A stretch of 32,000 nt of DNA. Origin: Wolbachia endosymbiont of Cimex lectularius. GTDB taxonomy: Bacteria; Pseudomonadota; Alphaproteobacteria; Rickettsiales; Anaplasmataceae. The stretch spans positions 120,001 to 152,000 of the forward strand of contig NZ_AP013028.1 of assembly GCF_000829315.1 (NCBI RefSeq), read 5' to 3'. Under the pieces are notes generated by a model that saw nothing but the letters and a program-made list of their open reading frames with translations, ran no database searches and was not told the DNA's origin. Numbering within the stretch: the first letter of the stretch is position 1; each line of letters starts with the position of its first letter. Below are positions 18,097 through 28,560 of the stretch, one piece after another. Both the position numbers and the translations under genes were made by a program.

Positions 18097-18774
18097 TTAG
18101 AAAATTAGAAAATTAGAAAAGGCCAAACACCAAATCAATCGAGAAGTAAGGACAGATTTCAAATTACCCATTCTAAATTGCTCGTTTGAAGCTATAACCT
18201 TTTGTGGTGAACGCAAAGCAAGGTATGCCGTAAAACCAATTATTATTGATATTACTCCAAGTGTTAAGGCAACATTTTGCCACTCATAACTTTCTATTAA
18301 TAAACCTACAAGCTTGCCTCCATAAATTGCGCCCGTAAGTCCTAAGGTGAATGAAAAACCTATCATTCTTGTGTACTGATCTCTAGGAAACCATTTTGAA
18401 ACTACTTTAGAGATACCTAAAAACCCAGTTGCAGAACATGCTCCTATTAAAAATCTACTCAATACTGCTAGGTAGAAATTATTTGTATATGTAAACACCA
18501 AAGTAGCAATACCACAAAGCATAGCAGATGCAAACACAATATATTGTGTACCAAATCTATCTAGTAAAATTGCAACTGGTATTTGCATTCCAGAATATCC
18601 GCAATAATAAAACGCTGCAAGTACTCCAAAATGGCTAGCATCTATAGCAAACTGATCCATAATTTGATGCATCATTAATCCAGGCCAAAGACGTAGGATA
18701 AACTGATATACAAAAAAGGATAATGGAAAAAACCACATAAAAAATGGCAAACACCTATGTTTGAGAGTAAGCAT
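18097..18774 (-). pseudogene. MFS transporter, N-terminal six-TM half only
   Basis: 225 aa with MFS motifs (GMQIPVAILLDRFG, the D-R-x-G-R-like loop) and six hydrophobic segments. It stops at the start of the expected TM7, 14 nt from the IS copy B right end. Confidence 0.65.
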
Positions 18775-18961
18775 GAAGACCTCACTTTATTGATTATTTA
18801 AAAATTTTAGTAATGAAAATAATTATGAAGACGTGTATCGGCCTTAGCCGACAAGAATAAGAGAAATAATGATAAAACTGAAGTGCTTATGGTACATCAG
18901 AAGCAATAAACTCTAAGTTATAAATATAATTCTTATTTTATATTACTAAATTTTGTCCTAA

Positions 18962-19821
18962 GAACCTGTTTAAAATCTTGGAAATGTGAGGTAAAGTAAG
19001 CATAGATTAATAATGAGGTGTCTATGCAGAAAAGTTATCCAAGTAATATAAGTCAAGAGCAGTTTGAAAAAATCAGGCCAATTTTGGAGAGTAGCAAGCA
19101 GAAAACAAAACCAAGAAAACTTGATTTGTATGACGTATTTTGTGGGGTGTTGTACGTCTTAAAAAGTGGTTGTCAGTGGAGGATGTTACCAAAGGGTTTT
19201 CCAAGATGGGAAAGCGTATATTACTATTTTCGAGTGTGGAGTAAAAAGAATGGAGAAGAGCCAAGCTTGTTGGAATTAGTCTTAAAAAAAATTAGTTGGA
19301 GAGGTCCGTATCAGCAATGGTCGGAAAGAGAAAACTAGCTTTTGTATAATTGATTCTCAAAGCGTTAAAAACGCAGATACTGCTGAAAAAAAAGGCTATG
19401 ATGCAGGTAAAAAGATTTCAGGGATAAAGCGCCATATTGCAGTTGATACACAAGGTTTGCCACATGCAATTTATGTAACAACGGCAGAAGCAACTGACCG
19501 TAGCAGTGCTGTGAAAATGGTCGAAAATGCTAAAGCAAACCTCTCTGAAGTTAAAAACATACTGGTTGATGCTGGCTACACAGGAGAAAATTTTGCAACA
19601 CAAATAAAAGCTATCATTGGTGCGACTGTTGAAGTAATAAAGCGAAGTGAGTTACACACTTTCGTCGTATTGCCAAAAAGATGGGTTGTTGAACGCTCTT
19701 TTGCCTGGTTAGAAAAGTACAGGCGATTGTGGAAAAATTGCGAGCGGAAGCTCAACACTAGCTTACAGATGATAGTCCTCTCCTTCATTTCTCTCCTGTT
19801 ACGAAGATTTTAAACAGGTTC
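18962..19821 (+). mobile_element. IS5-family insertion sequence, copy C (860 bp)
   Basis: Same IRs, TAA on both flanks. One substitution (C->Y, gaaaagtAcagg). Confidence 0.9.
19018..19813 (+). CDS. IS5-family DDE transposase (orfA + orfB, +1 frame change needed at the A8 tract)
   Basis: As for copy A. orfA 19018-19338, orfB frame to 19813. Confidence 0.8.
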
Positions 19822-20080
19822 TAAGGTCAACAACTTTATTTTCGCGCATTATTTATGGAATTTTTACTAAGAGAGTAGAGGTTTTAGGAAAATTAAAGAG
19901 CAAAAAAGGATGTAGATTAGAGGAGCTTTCTTATTGGTTCCTCACAAAACTTCATTTAAGCTTTATGATTCACACAGCTTACGTTTAGGCTCCTGGTCTT
20001 TTATAAATAATAATTTATTCTATGCAAAGTTATGATATAATTTTACCTTACATATGGTAAAGGGTGTTTTGTAGATAATT

Positions 20081-23000
20081 ATGATCAGTTCTATACAAGA
20101 GCCTAACGAATTGCGAAAACGTTTGCAGGGATTTTATCGTACTGATGAAAAAAGTTGTGTACGTTATCTTGTAGAAAAAGCAGAACTTTCGGCTGATTCG
20201 AAAAACAGAATTTACAATATTGCAAAACAAGTTGTCGAAAAAATTAAGGGCAATAAATTAGATATTATAGATTCTTTTATGCAGCAATATTCGCTTTCCA
20301 ATGACGAAGGAATAGCGCTGATGTGCCTTGCTGAATCACTACTTAGAATACCAGACGATTATACAATAGATGAACTAATCAAAGATAAAATTGCCAATCA
20401 AGAATGGAGTAAACATTTAGGACGCTCCTCTTCATTGTTTGTTAATGCTTCTACATGGAGTTTAATGATAGGCAGTAGTATATTAAGGACCAGTGAGGAA
20501 GATCCAAGATTTTATCACGCTATTTCTAGATTACTTAAAAATTTAGGGGAGCCAGTAATCCGCAAGGCAGTGAAACAAGCAATGTTAATGCTTGGTAAGC
20601 ACTTTATTGTTGGGGAAAATATAGAAGAAGCATTGGAAAGTGTAAAATCAGATGATCATGGCAAATTCTTATGCTCCTTTGATATGCTTGGTGAAGCTGC
20701 TCGTACAGCTGAGAATGCGGAAGAGTATTTTAATTCATATATGCATTCGATAAAAGCTATAGGTGAATCCACTGACACAAATGATTGCTTTAGGTCACAT
20801 GGAATTTCAATCAAGTTGTCTGCATTGCATCCACGTTATGAATTCTGCCAATTTGGTAATATAGCTGAAGAACTGAAAACTAAGGTACTGGAGCTTTGTC
20901 ATGAAGCAAAAAAGTACAATATTTCATTATGTATAGATGCAGAAGAGTCAGAAAGACTTGAGATGTCATTAGTTTTATTTGAGCAATTGCGTCTCGATGA
21001 ATCACTTTCCGAGTGGGAAGGGCTTGGCCTGGCTGTGCAAGCGTATCAAAAACGTGCTTTGTCTGTTCTCGATTTTGTTGAAGATGTTGCTATTCGTTCA
21101 AAACATAAGATCATGGTGAGGCTTGTGAAAGGAGCATACTGGGACTCAGAAATCAAGCACACACAAGAATTAGGGTTAAGTGGGTACCCAGTGTTTACTA
21201 GAAAAAGCTATACAGATGTATGCTACCTTGCCTGTGCACAGAAACTTTTAAGCAAAGCAAGTCACTTTTATCCATGCTTTGGAACTCACAACGCTTATAC
21301 TTTTGCTACTATAATAGAGCTTGCCGATAAAAATCACCCTGGGTTTGAGTTTCAGCGCTTACATGGAATGGGTAAGGGATTATATGATTATGTAATGTCA
21401 GAACTTGCAACAAGTATAAATTGCCGTATATATGCACCGGTTGGTAAACATAGTGACTTATTGCCATACCTTATTAGACGTCTTCTTGAAAATGGGGTTA
21501 ATAGTTCATTTGTCCATCAAATAAATGATTCCAACGTTAAAATTGAAGAGTTAGTTTTAGATCCATTGGAAAAAGCTAAAAGCTTAGAGTATGAACCTCA
21601 TCCAAGTATTCCATTGCCACAAGATATCTTTGGAGAGAAAAGGAAAAACTCCTTGGGGATGGATATTAGTGATTCAGTTACAGTTTCACAATTTGCAAAC
21701 GATATAAAAGAATTTAGTGAAAAGAAATGGCAGGTTGGGCCGATAATTGGCGGAGAGTCACTGTTTGACAGTACTGAATTTACCGAAGTGGTTAATCCAG
21801 CACATTTAGAAAACGTAATCGGAGAAGTGTTAAATACAACAAGTGATCAAGCTTTAAACGCTCTTGAAATAGCACATAGTGCTTTTGTTAAATGGCAGAA
21901 TGTTTCAGCAGAAGAGCGTGCTAAGTACCTTGAAAGAGCTGCCGATTTGCTTGAAGAAAGGATAGAAGAGCTAATTTATATTCTAATTGTGGAAGCAGGA
22001 AAGATTTTATCCGATGCGATAGCAGAAGTAAGGGAGGCAGTCGACTTCTTGCGCTATTATGCAATGATAGCAAAAAATGAACTGAATAACTGGAAAAGAT
22101 TGCCAGGTCCAACAGGTGAAGATAACTTTATCTTTTTTGAAGGCAGAGGGGTTTTTTTGTGCATATCACCGTGGAATTTTCCACTCGCTATCTTTATTGG
22201 ACAGATTGCAGCCGCACTTGCAGCAGGTAATTCAGTACTGGCAAAACCAGCAGAGCAAACGCCGATTATTGCTTGCGAAGCTGTTAAGATACTACACGAA
22301 GCTGGGATACCAAAAGATGTACTGCATCTTATTCCAGGAAACGGTCGGTATTTAGGTGAAACATTAATACCAGATAATAGAATTTCTGGTGTAGCTTTCA
22401 CTGGTTCAACACAGACCGCTCAAATAATTAATAGAATGCTTGCTAGCAGAGACGGCCCTATTGTGCCACTCATTGCTGAAACTGGTGGATTAAATGCTAT
22501 GATTGTTGACAGTTCTGCTCTCTTAGAGCAAGTGACTGTAGATGTTTTAATTTCTGCATTCCGTAGCACTGGTCAACGCTGTTCTGCACTTAGAGTATTG
22601 TTTATTCAAGAGGATATAGAAGAGAAACAGATAAAAATGATATGCGATGCAGTTCAAGAATTAAAGATTGGTGATCCAATACAACTTAGTACTGATATTG
22701 GTCCAATAATTGACAAAGCATCTATTGATATGCTGAATAAGTACACGGAGAAAATGTCAAGAGATAAGGATTCAAGCCTTTTATCCAAGGTACCCATGAA
22801 TACAAATTCTTATAATGGTTATTTCTTCCCTCCATATATTTATGAGATACAAAAAGTTTCGCAATTAAAGCAAGAAGTGTTTGGCCCAATTTTACATATT
22901 ATACGTTTTAATAAGTCGCAGTTAAATGAAGTTATAAGTGATATAAACGATACAGGATATGGGCTTACGTTCTCTTTGCAAAGCCGAATACAAAATCAGA

Positions 23001-23221
23001 TTGATTTGATAAGCAAGAAAATATCAGCTGGAAATGTGTACATCAATCGCAATCAGATAGGTGCAGCAGTTGGCGTACAACCGTTTGGCGGTAGGGGACT
23101 ATCCGGCACTGGACCAAAAGCTGGGGGACCTCATTATCTACAGCGTTTTTCTACAGAAAAAGTTGTAAGTGTCAACACTACAGCATTTGGCGGTAATACT
23201 ACGCTTATGTGCTTGGATTGA
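20081..23221 (+). CDS. putA: bifunctional proline dehydrogenase / L-glutamate gamma-semialdehyde (P5C) dehydrogenase
   Basis: 1046 aa. PRODH TIM-barrel motifs (SFDMLGEAA, VRLVKGAYWD, LHGMG, RRLLENG) followed by ALDH motifs (SPWNFPLAI, ETGGLNAMIVD, GQRCSALR). Ends in TGA. Confidence 0.95.
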   Translation: MISSIQEPNELRKRLQGFYRTDEKSCVRYLVEKAELSADSKNRIYNIAKQVVEKIKGNKLDIIDSFMQQYSLSNDEGIALMCLAESLLRIPDDYTIDELIKDKIANQEWSKHLGRSSSLFVNASTWSLMIGSSILRTSEEDPRFYHAISRLLKNLGEPVIRKAVKQAMLMLGKHFIVGENIEEALESVKSDDHGKFLCSFDMLGEAARTAENAEEYFNSYMHSIKAIGESTDTNDCFRSHGISIKLSALHPRYEFCQFGNIAEELKTKVLELCHEAKKYNISLCIDAEESERLEMSLVLFEQLRLDESLSEWEGLGLAVQAYQKRALSVLDFVEDVAIRSKHKIMVRLVKGAYWDSEIKHTQELGLSGYPVFTRKSYTDVCYLACAQKLLSKASHFYPCFGTHNAYTFATIIELADKNHPGFEFQRLHGMGKGLYDYVMSELATSINCRIYAPVGKHSDLLPYLIRRLLENGVNSSFVHQINDSNVKIEELVLDPLEKAKSLEYEPHPSIPLPQDIFGEKRKNSLGMDISDSVTVSQFANDIKEFSEKKWQVGPIIGGESLFDSTEFTEVVNPAHLENVIGEVLNTTSDQALNALEIAHSAFVKWQNVSAEERAKYLERAADLLEERIEELIYILIVEAGKILSDAIAEVREAVDFLRYYAMIAKNELNNWKRLPGPTGEDNFIFFEGRGVFLCISPWNFPLAIFIGQIAAALAAGNSVLAKPAEQTPIIACEAVKILHEAGIPKDVLHLIPGNGRYLGETLIPDNRISGVAFTGSTQTAQIINRMLASRDGPIVPLIAETGGLNAMIVDSSALLEQVTVDVLISAFRSTGQRCSALRVLFIQEDIEEKQIKMICDAVQELKIGDPIQLSTDIGPIIDKASIDMLNKYTEKMSRDKDSSLLSKVPMNTNSYNGYFFPPYIYEIQKVSQLKQEVFGPILHIIRFNKSQLNEVISDINDTGYGLTFSLQSRIQNQIDLISKKISAGNVYINRNQIGAAVGVQPFGGRGLSGTGPKAGGPHYLQRFSTEKVVSVNTTAFGGNTTLMCLD

Positions 23222-23568
23222 TTTGAAGGTATTTTTTTTTCTTTTAAAAATGTTAGATGTACAGTCCCAGAGTATGATGCGGGACTGAGCATGTTTCGCA
23301 GGGTATTCCTAATTCACTTTAGCTATATTTATTGTTTTTTAAGATTAAATAGTTAAAATAGTAGATAAATGCTAAAGTGAGGTTTAACTATGACAGCAAA
23401 CTTTTCAATAGAAACTAGTGTTTTACCTTTCCACCTATACTTCGATTACACATATAACATTTAGCTCAGTTTAAAAGTCTAATTCAATTTTAGTTGTCAG
23501 TTGAAGCAGAAAAAGCATCAATGCTGTCAACCAAGAAAGTACGTAGCTTTTAATATTGAGGGTTTGGT

Positions 23569-25662
23569 ATGAATAGCGAAAGACAAGAACAGTATGAAAC
23601 TTCACAAGTCAGCTATCTAAAAACTCGTAGCGTGAGTGTTGATAGTGGATTTGGCAATGAAGAAGTAATTAACAAAACAGATATTCAGACAGCATTAGAA
23701 AAAATAAAAAAAGGTAAGCGGAAATTTGAAAAGTGGCAAAAAAAAAGCTCTGTAGATATCAGGAATATAAGAGATGAGGAAGGAAGTAATATTTTACATC
23801 TTATTGCACGGCTGAAGAAGAAGCAAAAATGCAGGTCTTTGAATTTTCTGATAGAAAGAATTTCCGAAGAAGATTTAGCAAAACTTGTTGATAGTAAAAA
23901 TAAGGAAGAAAAAACCCCTCTTCAGGTGGCACTAATTGACAAGATAAAAAAAGGAAAACATGGTTCTCATACGGTCCAGAGTAACGATAACACGCTTAAG
24001 TTCCTTGTAACACTATTGGAACATGGGGCCAAGCCAGATCAGTTAGAATTGGAAACACTGCAAGGTTTAGATGAAAAGCAAAATGAATATTATCGTAAAT
24101 TTTTGGAGAAACTAGCAGAGTCAATGTCATAAATAGAAGCAAAAATTAAAGAAATTATACCATATACTGTAAATACTCCAGACAGTAGTGGTAATTACTT
24201 ATTACATTCAGCAATTAATAATTATGATAAAAAACGTTTCGAAGAACTATTGGAGAAAAGGGCGGACGTTAGCATTAAAGATGCAAATGGTAATAATGCT
24301 TTGCATTTAATTACAAAATTGAGGAAGAAACAAAAGCTAGAATTTTTAAATGCAATATTAAATATAAGCAAATGGAAAGGAAAAGAGCTACTTAAAGAAC
24401 AATTTATAAAAGCCGTAAATGACAAAAATGATAAAAGTGGTGATAGTAAAAATAGCAGCGGTCAAACGCCAATACAGAAATTGCTATTTAATAAAATAAC
24501 TAAGGGAGAGCATAGCTCTGAAAGTGTATCTGGAAAAATTGGAAAATTTCTTAAAAGGCCATTTACGGAATATGATGATCATACAATAGAAGCTGCTATA
24601 AAGTTGTTTGAGTTAGGAGCTAACATCAATGATTTGCAGTTATCCAAAGAAGAATTGCAGAACTTAGATAGAGAGCATGAGAGGTATTATCTTAAATTTC
24701 TAGAAAAATTAGCAGAGTCGATAAAGAAACCTGAATTAAAACAAGAGATAAAAACACAAATTAAAGAAATTATAGTACATACTATCAACACTCCAGATAG
24801 TAATGGTAATTATCTATTACATTCAGCAATTAATAATTATGATAAAGAACTTTTTAAAGAACTATTGCAAAAAGGAGCGAATGTTAGCCTTAAGGATGCA
24901 AATGGCGATAATGCCTTACACCGTATTGCTTTACTTAAAAAGAAGCACAAAATTACATATTTAAAGTCAATATTAGATTTAAAAGAAGAAGGAACAGTAC
25001 CTTCAAAGACATTGTGTGAGGCTGTAAACGCCAAAAATAATGATAACAGATATCCAGCACAGGTCGCATTAGTCAGACAAATAGAAAAGATACCTAGTAA
25101 GTTAAAGGACTTTTCTAAGTGGGTTAGACCAAGACCTACAAAACATTATTATACTGCTGAATTTTGTGCAATGTTATTACAAAATGGCGCTGAAAATAAA
25201 AGTGATCATATCACAATAGAAAAATACGACAATAAGAAATATTATCACACCAAAGAAAGAATCCAAGAGTTAACAGGTGTAAGCCCTAATCGGGAAGTAG
25301 ATGAAGCACTGAATCAGAGGTTTTCTAAGAATAAGAAACGCGGTAATAATATAGATCTCCCAGTAAGATGGATACTTGGGGGTTTAATTTTCGCAACAGT
25401 GTTTAGTGCTTTAGCAGGAAATATGATTGTTGCAGCTGCCTTATCGGTTACCATAGCAGTTTGTGCAATGTGTTACCCTGCTTATTTAAAATTAGAAAAT
25501 TTTCTTAATGATAGGAACTCGGAAACACAAAAACCATCAGATCAATCAAAACACACTGAAAGTCCTCCTAGTCCTAAAGTAGATAATGTACTAATACAGG
25601 TATTAAAGGATTGTCAGGAATTCAACAAGCAAATCAATACACCCTCTTCTCAGGAGCGATGA
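23569..25662 (+). pseudogene. ankyrin-repeat protein with three tandem ~170-205-aa modules and a C-terminal TM anchor, split by one in-frame TAA
   Basis: ORFs 23569-24132 and 24250-25662 share a frame. The intervening text (IEAKIKEIIPYTVNTPDSSGNYLLHSAINNYDKKRFEELLEKRADV) is a stop-free copy of the later module KTQIKEIIVHTINTPDSNGNYLLHSAINNYDKELFKELLQKGANV. ANK motifs GN.LLHSA...LL..GA and DANG.NALH. TM segment WILGGLIFATVFSALAGNMIVAAALSVTIAV. Confidence 0.8.
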
Positions 25663-27439
25663 AATCAATCTCATCACTCAGGGTTTTTTCGGCGACTTTT
25701 TTGTAATCAATTTTTACATTGGTTTTGCCTTTCTTTTCTTCGAGCCACGCTATAGTGTGTTTCATCCAGTCTTGATCATCACGCTCTGGGAAATCTTCAC
25801 GAGCATGGGCACCTCTGCTTTCTTTGCGATTGGCCGCACATTCCATAGTGATAACTGCTTGTGGAATCATGTTAGCAAGCTCCAGCGCTTCAACTAAATC
25901 ACTGTTCCATATCATACTGCGATCTTCAATAGCAATGTTAGGCATCATTTTTGCTACTTCTTTTATAGCTTTTTTACCTTCTTCTAAAACTTCAGCAACG
26001 CGGAACACAGATGCATATTTTTGCATAGTGTGCTGCATTTCGCTGCGTATTTTCGATACCCTTAGCTCTCCAGAAGCAAATCGCATTTTATTGAACCTAT
26101 CAACTACCCAGTCTGTGCAATCTGAGTGCAATTTTTTGTGCGGTGCATGAGGCTTTAGCTTCTCTTTCGCTCTGAGCGCTGCAGCTCTACCAAAAACTAC
26201 AAGGTCAAGGAGCGAGTTAGAGCCAAGTCGATTTGCACCGTGCACAGAAACGCACGCTGCCTCTCCAATTGCAAACAATCCTTCTACTACTTCTTCCTTA
26301 CCTTTCTTCAGCGTAATCACTTCTCCATGATAATTGGTTGGAATGCCACCCATGTTGTAGTGAACAGTTGGAATGACCGGTATTGGATCTTTAGTGACAT
26401 CAACCCCTGCAAAAGTCTTTGCAGTTTCGCTAATTCCTGGAAGTCTCAATTTTATTACTTCCGGATCAAGATGCGCTATAGTTAAATATATATGGTCTTT
26501 TTTCGAGCCAACGCCTCTGCCTTCTCTGATTTCAATTGTTATTGCCCGGCTTACCACATCACGAGAAGCCAAGTCTTTTGCTTTTGGTGCATAGCGTTCC
26601 ATAAACTTTTCGCCCTGAGAATTAACGAGATACCCGCCTTCGCCGCGACATCCTTCCGTCATCAAACATCCTGAACCATATATTCCTGTCGGATGAAATT
26701 GCACAAATTCCATGTCTTCAAGCGGTAATCCAGCTCTTACCACCATGCCATTACCATCGCCTGTACAGGTATGCGCACTCGTTGCAGAGAAGTAAACACG
26801 CCCATATCCACCTGTTGCTAGCACCACCGAATGTGCACGAAATCTATGCAGTGTGCCGTCGCACAGTGACCAGGCAAGAACTCCGCAGCATGCTCCCGTT
26901 TCGTTATCCATGATTAAGTCAATTACAAAGTACTCAACAAAAAATTCGGCGTTGAACTTAAGACACTGCTGATATAGAGTGTGAAGGATTGCGTGTCCAG
27001 TCTTATCTGCTGCTGCACAGGTGCGTTGCGCTGATTTTCCTTTACCAAAGTGAGTTGTCATTCCACCAAAGGCACGCTGGTATATTTTGCCATCTTCTGT
27101 ACGTGAAAAAGGTACGCCAAAGTTTTCAAGCTCAATGACAGCTTTAGCAGCGTTTTTACACATATATTCTATTGCATCTTGATCGCCAAGCCAGTCTGAA
27201 CCTTTTATTGTGTCATACGCATGCCAGCACCAATTGTCCTCAGCAATATTCCCTAAAGCCGCACTAATTCCTCCTTGTGCTGCAACCGTATGACTGCGTG
27301 TAGGGAAAATTTTAGAAATGCAAGCAGATGAAAAGTTAGTTGCAGCCATTCCAAGCGTTGCTCTGAGTCCTGCTCCACCTGCGCCCACTACCACTACATC
27401 ATACTCATGTTCTATGATTTCGTACGCTGATTTATCCAT
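25634..27439 (-). CDS. sdhA: succinate dehydrogenase flavoprotein subunit
   Basis: 601 aa. Motifs [27 protein letters not shown] and [19 protein letters not shown]. Confidence 0.95.
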   Translation of the reverse strand: MDKSAYEIIEHEYDVVVVGAGGAGLRATLGMAATNFSSACISKIFPTRSHTVAAQGGISAALGNIAEDNWCWHAYDTIKGSDWLGDQDAIEYMCKNAAKAVIELENFGVPFSRTEDGKIYQRAFGGMTTHFGKGKSAQRTCAAADKTGHAILHTLYQQCLKFNAEFFVEYFVIDLIMDNETGACCGVLAWSLCDGTLHRFRAHSVVLATGGYGRVYFSATSAHTCTGDGNGMVVRAGLPLEDMEFVQFHPTGIYGSGCLMTEGCRGEGGYLVNSQGEKFMERYAPKAKDLASRDVVSRAITIEIREGRGVGSKKDHIYLTIAHLDPEVIKLRLPGISETAKTFAGVDVTKDPIPVIPTVHYNMGGIPTNYHGEVITLKKGKEEVVEGLFAIGEAACVSVHGANRLGSNSLLDLVVFGRAAALRAKEKLKPHAPHKKLHSDCTDWVVDRFNKMRFASGELRVSKIRSEMQHTMQKYASVFRVAEVLEEGKKAIKEVAKMMPNIAIEDRSMIWNSDLVEALELANMIPQAVITMECAANRKESRGAHAREDFPERDDQDWMKHTIAWLEEKKGKTNVKIDYKKVAEKTLSDEIDFIAPEKRVY

Positions 27440-27549
27440 ATTTGCTCATTTATGACCACAGGCTTATAATACCACAGAAGTGGAGAAAATCCATACAAGT
27501 TTTCTAGATACAATAAATTTCTCACATATTAAACCAGTTTTAGTATATA

Positions 27550-28035
27550 CGAAAAAACTACTTGACAAGTTCCTCCAAACCCATTATCATAAGGTTGAAG
27601 CTATTATTTATCTTCAGTCTGTGCAGATTAAACGACAAAAAAACTTAGTATATCTGGCGTACCATGTTTAAATTTTTGCACTATGTGCATCTCACGTCTT
27701 TTTAAAACTTCTGGTTTTTTACCTATACAAGCTCAAATGCGCTTATAAGTCGTTTAAAACATAAAAAAATGCCAATATTATAGGATAGATAGTAAATAAC
27801 TAGCTACCGGGGTTTCTTTTGCCGTTTTCTCTGTTTAGTAAATCTTTTAAACGTTTGCAGCTAAGGTTAGTTGCATTAAAAAGCAGCTAAGTCGCATTCA
27901 TCAAGCGTTTAGAATAAAAAAAATGCCGATATTTCGACACAAAAGTAAATAATTAGCCACCACGGGGCTTCTTTTGCTTTTTTTCTCATTAGGTAAATTT
28001 CTTAATATTTATTGCTAATTGTAATTCATGAATTG
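27550..28035 (+). repeat. composite intergenic repeat module, copy II
   Basis: Co-linear with 5589-5999. It carries a 64-bp segment (about 27626-27689) that copy I lacks, bounded by tgtgca direct repeats. Two tandem units at about 27752-27903 and 27904-28035. Confidence 0.8.
27562..27590 (+). promoter_or_regulatory. near-consensus sigma70-type promoter (TTGACA-17-TATCAT)
   Basis: TTGACA at 27562-27567, a 17-nt spacer, TATCAT at 27585-27590. Positional homolog of 5601-5629. Confidence 0.5.
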
Positions 28036-28045
28036 GGTAGGAGGG

Positions 28046-28166
28046 TGTCATTCCAGCGCGTGACGATGGAATCTAGGAATTTGATTAGGTCGGTGAGTAT
28101 AAAAGTTATGTTAAAATGCGCCGTTCTTATGGAAAACTGGATCCCAGTGTCGGAGCACTGGGATGA
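28046..28166. repeat. palindromic element, long intergenic form
   Basis: gtcattccagcgcgtgacgatggaat ... ctggatcccagtgtcggagcactgggatgac. Same arm hairpins as the genic copies but in the opposite arm order, separated by a ~60-bp core. Confidence 0.75.
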
Positions 28167-28256
28167 CAAGAGAGGGTGGCACCTATTTCAACAGATAACG
28201 TTCGCACAAAATTTCAATCCCCTGCAAATTTTTAACCTAAATCAAGGAGGCATATT

Positions 28257-28553
28257 ATGTTAAACAACTTCAATTTCAAAGAATTTTTTCACCATTACGA
28301 AGCAGATAGTATGCCAGATGACATACAACAGTATCATATACTGTGGAAATCGGTAATAGGGCAGGCAGTAATTGATGCAACAAGCAGCTGTAAAAGAACA
28401 CAAAGCTTGGTAGAAAAACAGAAAGCAATTTCCTGGTTATCAGATTTTAGTCAAGATTTTGTGCACACATGTGTATTGGCTGATTATGACCCGGTATATG
28501 TAAAAAATAAAATACAGCCAATTCTAAAAAGCCATACTAAAAAAACCAGATAA
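28257..28553 (+). CDS. hypothetical protein (98 aa)
   Basis: ATG preceded by AAGGAGG at optimal spacing (28245-28251). No family recognised. Confidence 0.55.
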   Translation: MLNNFNFKEFFHHYEADSMPDDIQQYHILWKSVIGQAVIDATSSCKRTQSLVEKQKAISWLSDFSQDFVHTCVLADYDPVYVKNKIQPILKSHTKKTR

Positions 28554-28560
28554 AGCTTTG

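Noticed and set aside
18098-18121. The 8-bp tandem repeat attagaaa x3 at the premature end of the MFS ORF, considered as the cause of truncation.
   Set aside because: Conceptually removing one or two units still runs the frame into the IS within about 15 codons. The IS junction, not the microsatellite, removes the C-terminal half.
18766-18774. The MFS start ATGCTTACT is identical to the outward-facing ATGCTTACT in the IS left end (MLTL.. in both).
   Set aside because: Only 9 nt match and the similarity ends immediately afterwards. Most likely coincidence in AT-rich sequence.
23262-23287. Hairpin cagtccc-N12-gggactg, 40 nt downstream of putA, as a possible terminator.
   Set aside because: A 7-bp stem with a 12-nt loop and no following T tract is too weak to call.
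28012-28263. An 83-aa ORF spanning the intergenic palindromic element. Minus-strand ORFs 83-310 and 9807-10289 contain the related peptide WIPVS.HWDDK.
   Set aside because: The shared peptide is just the reverse-frame translation of the palindromic repeat. ORFs 83-310 and 9807-10289 are antisense to well-supported genes, and 28012-28263 has no SD and begins inside repeat DNA.
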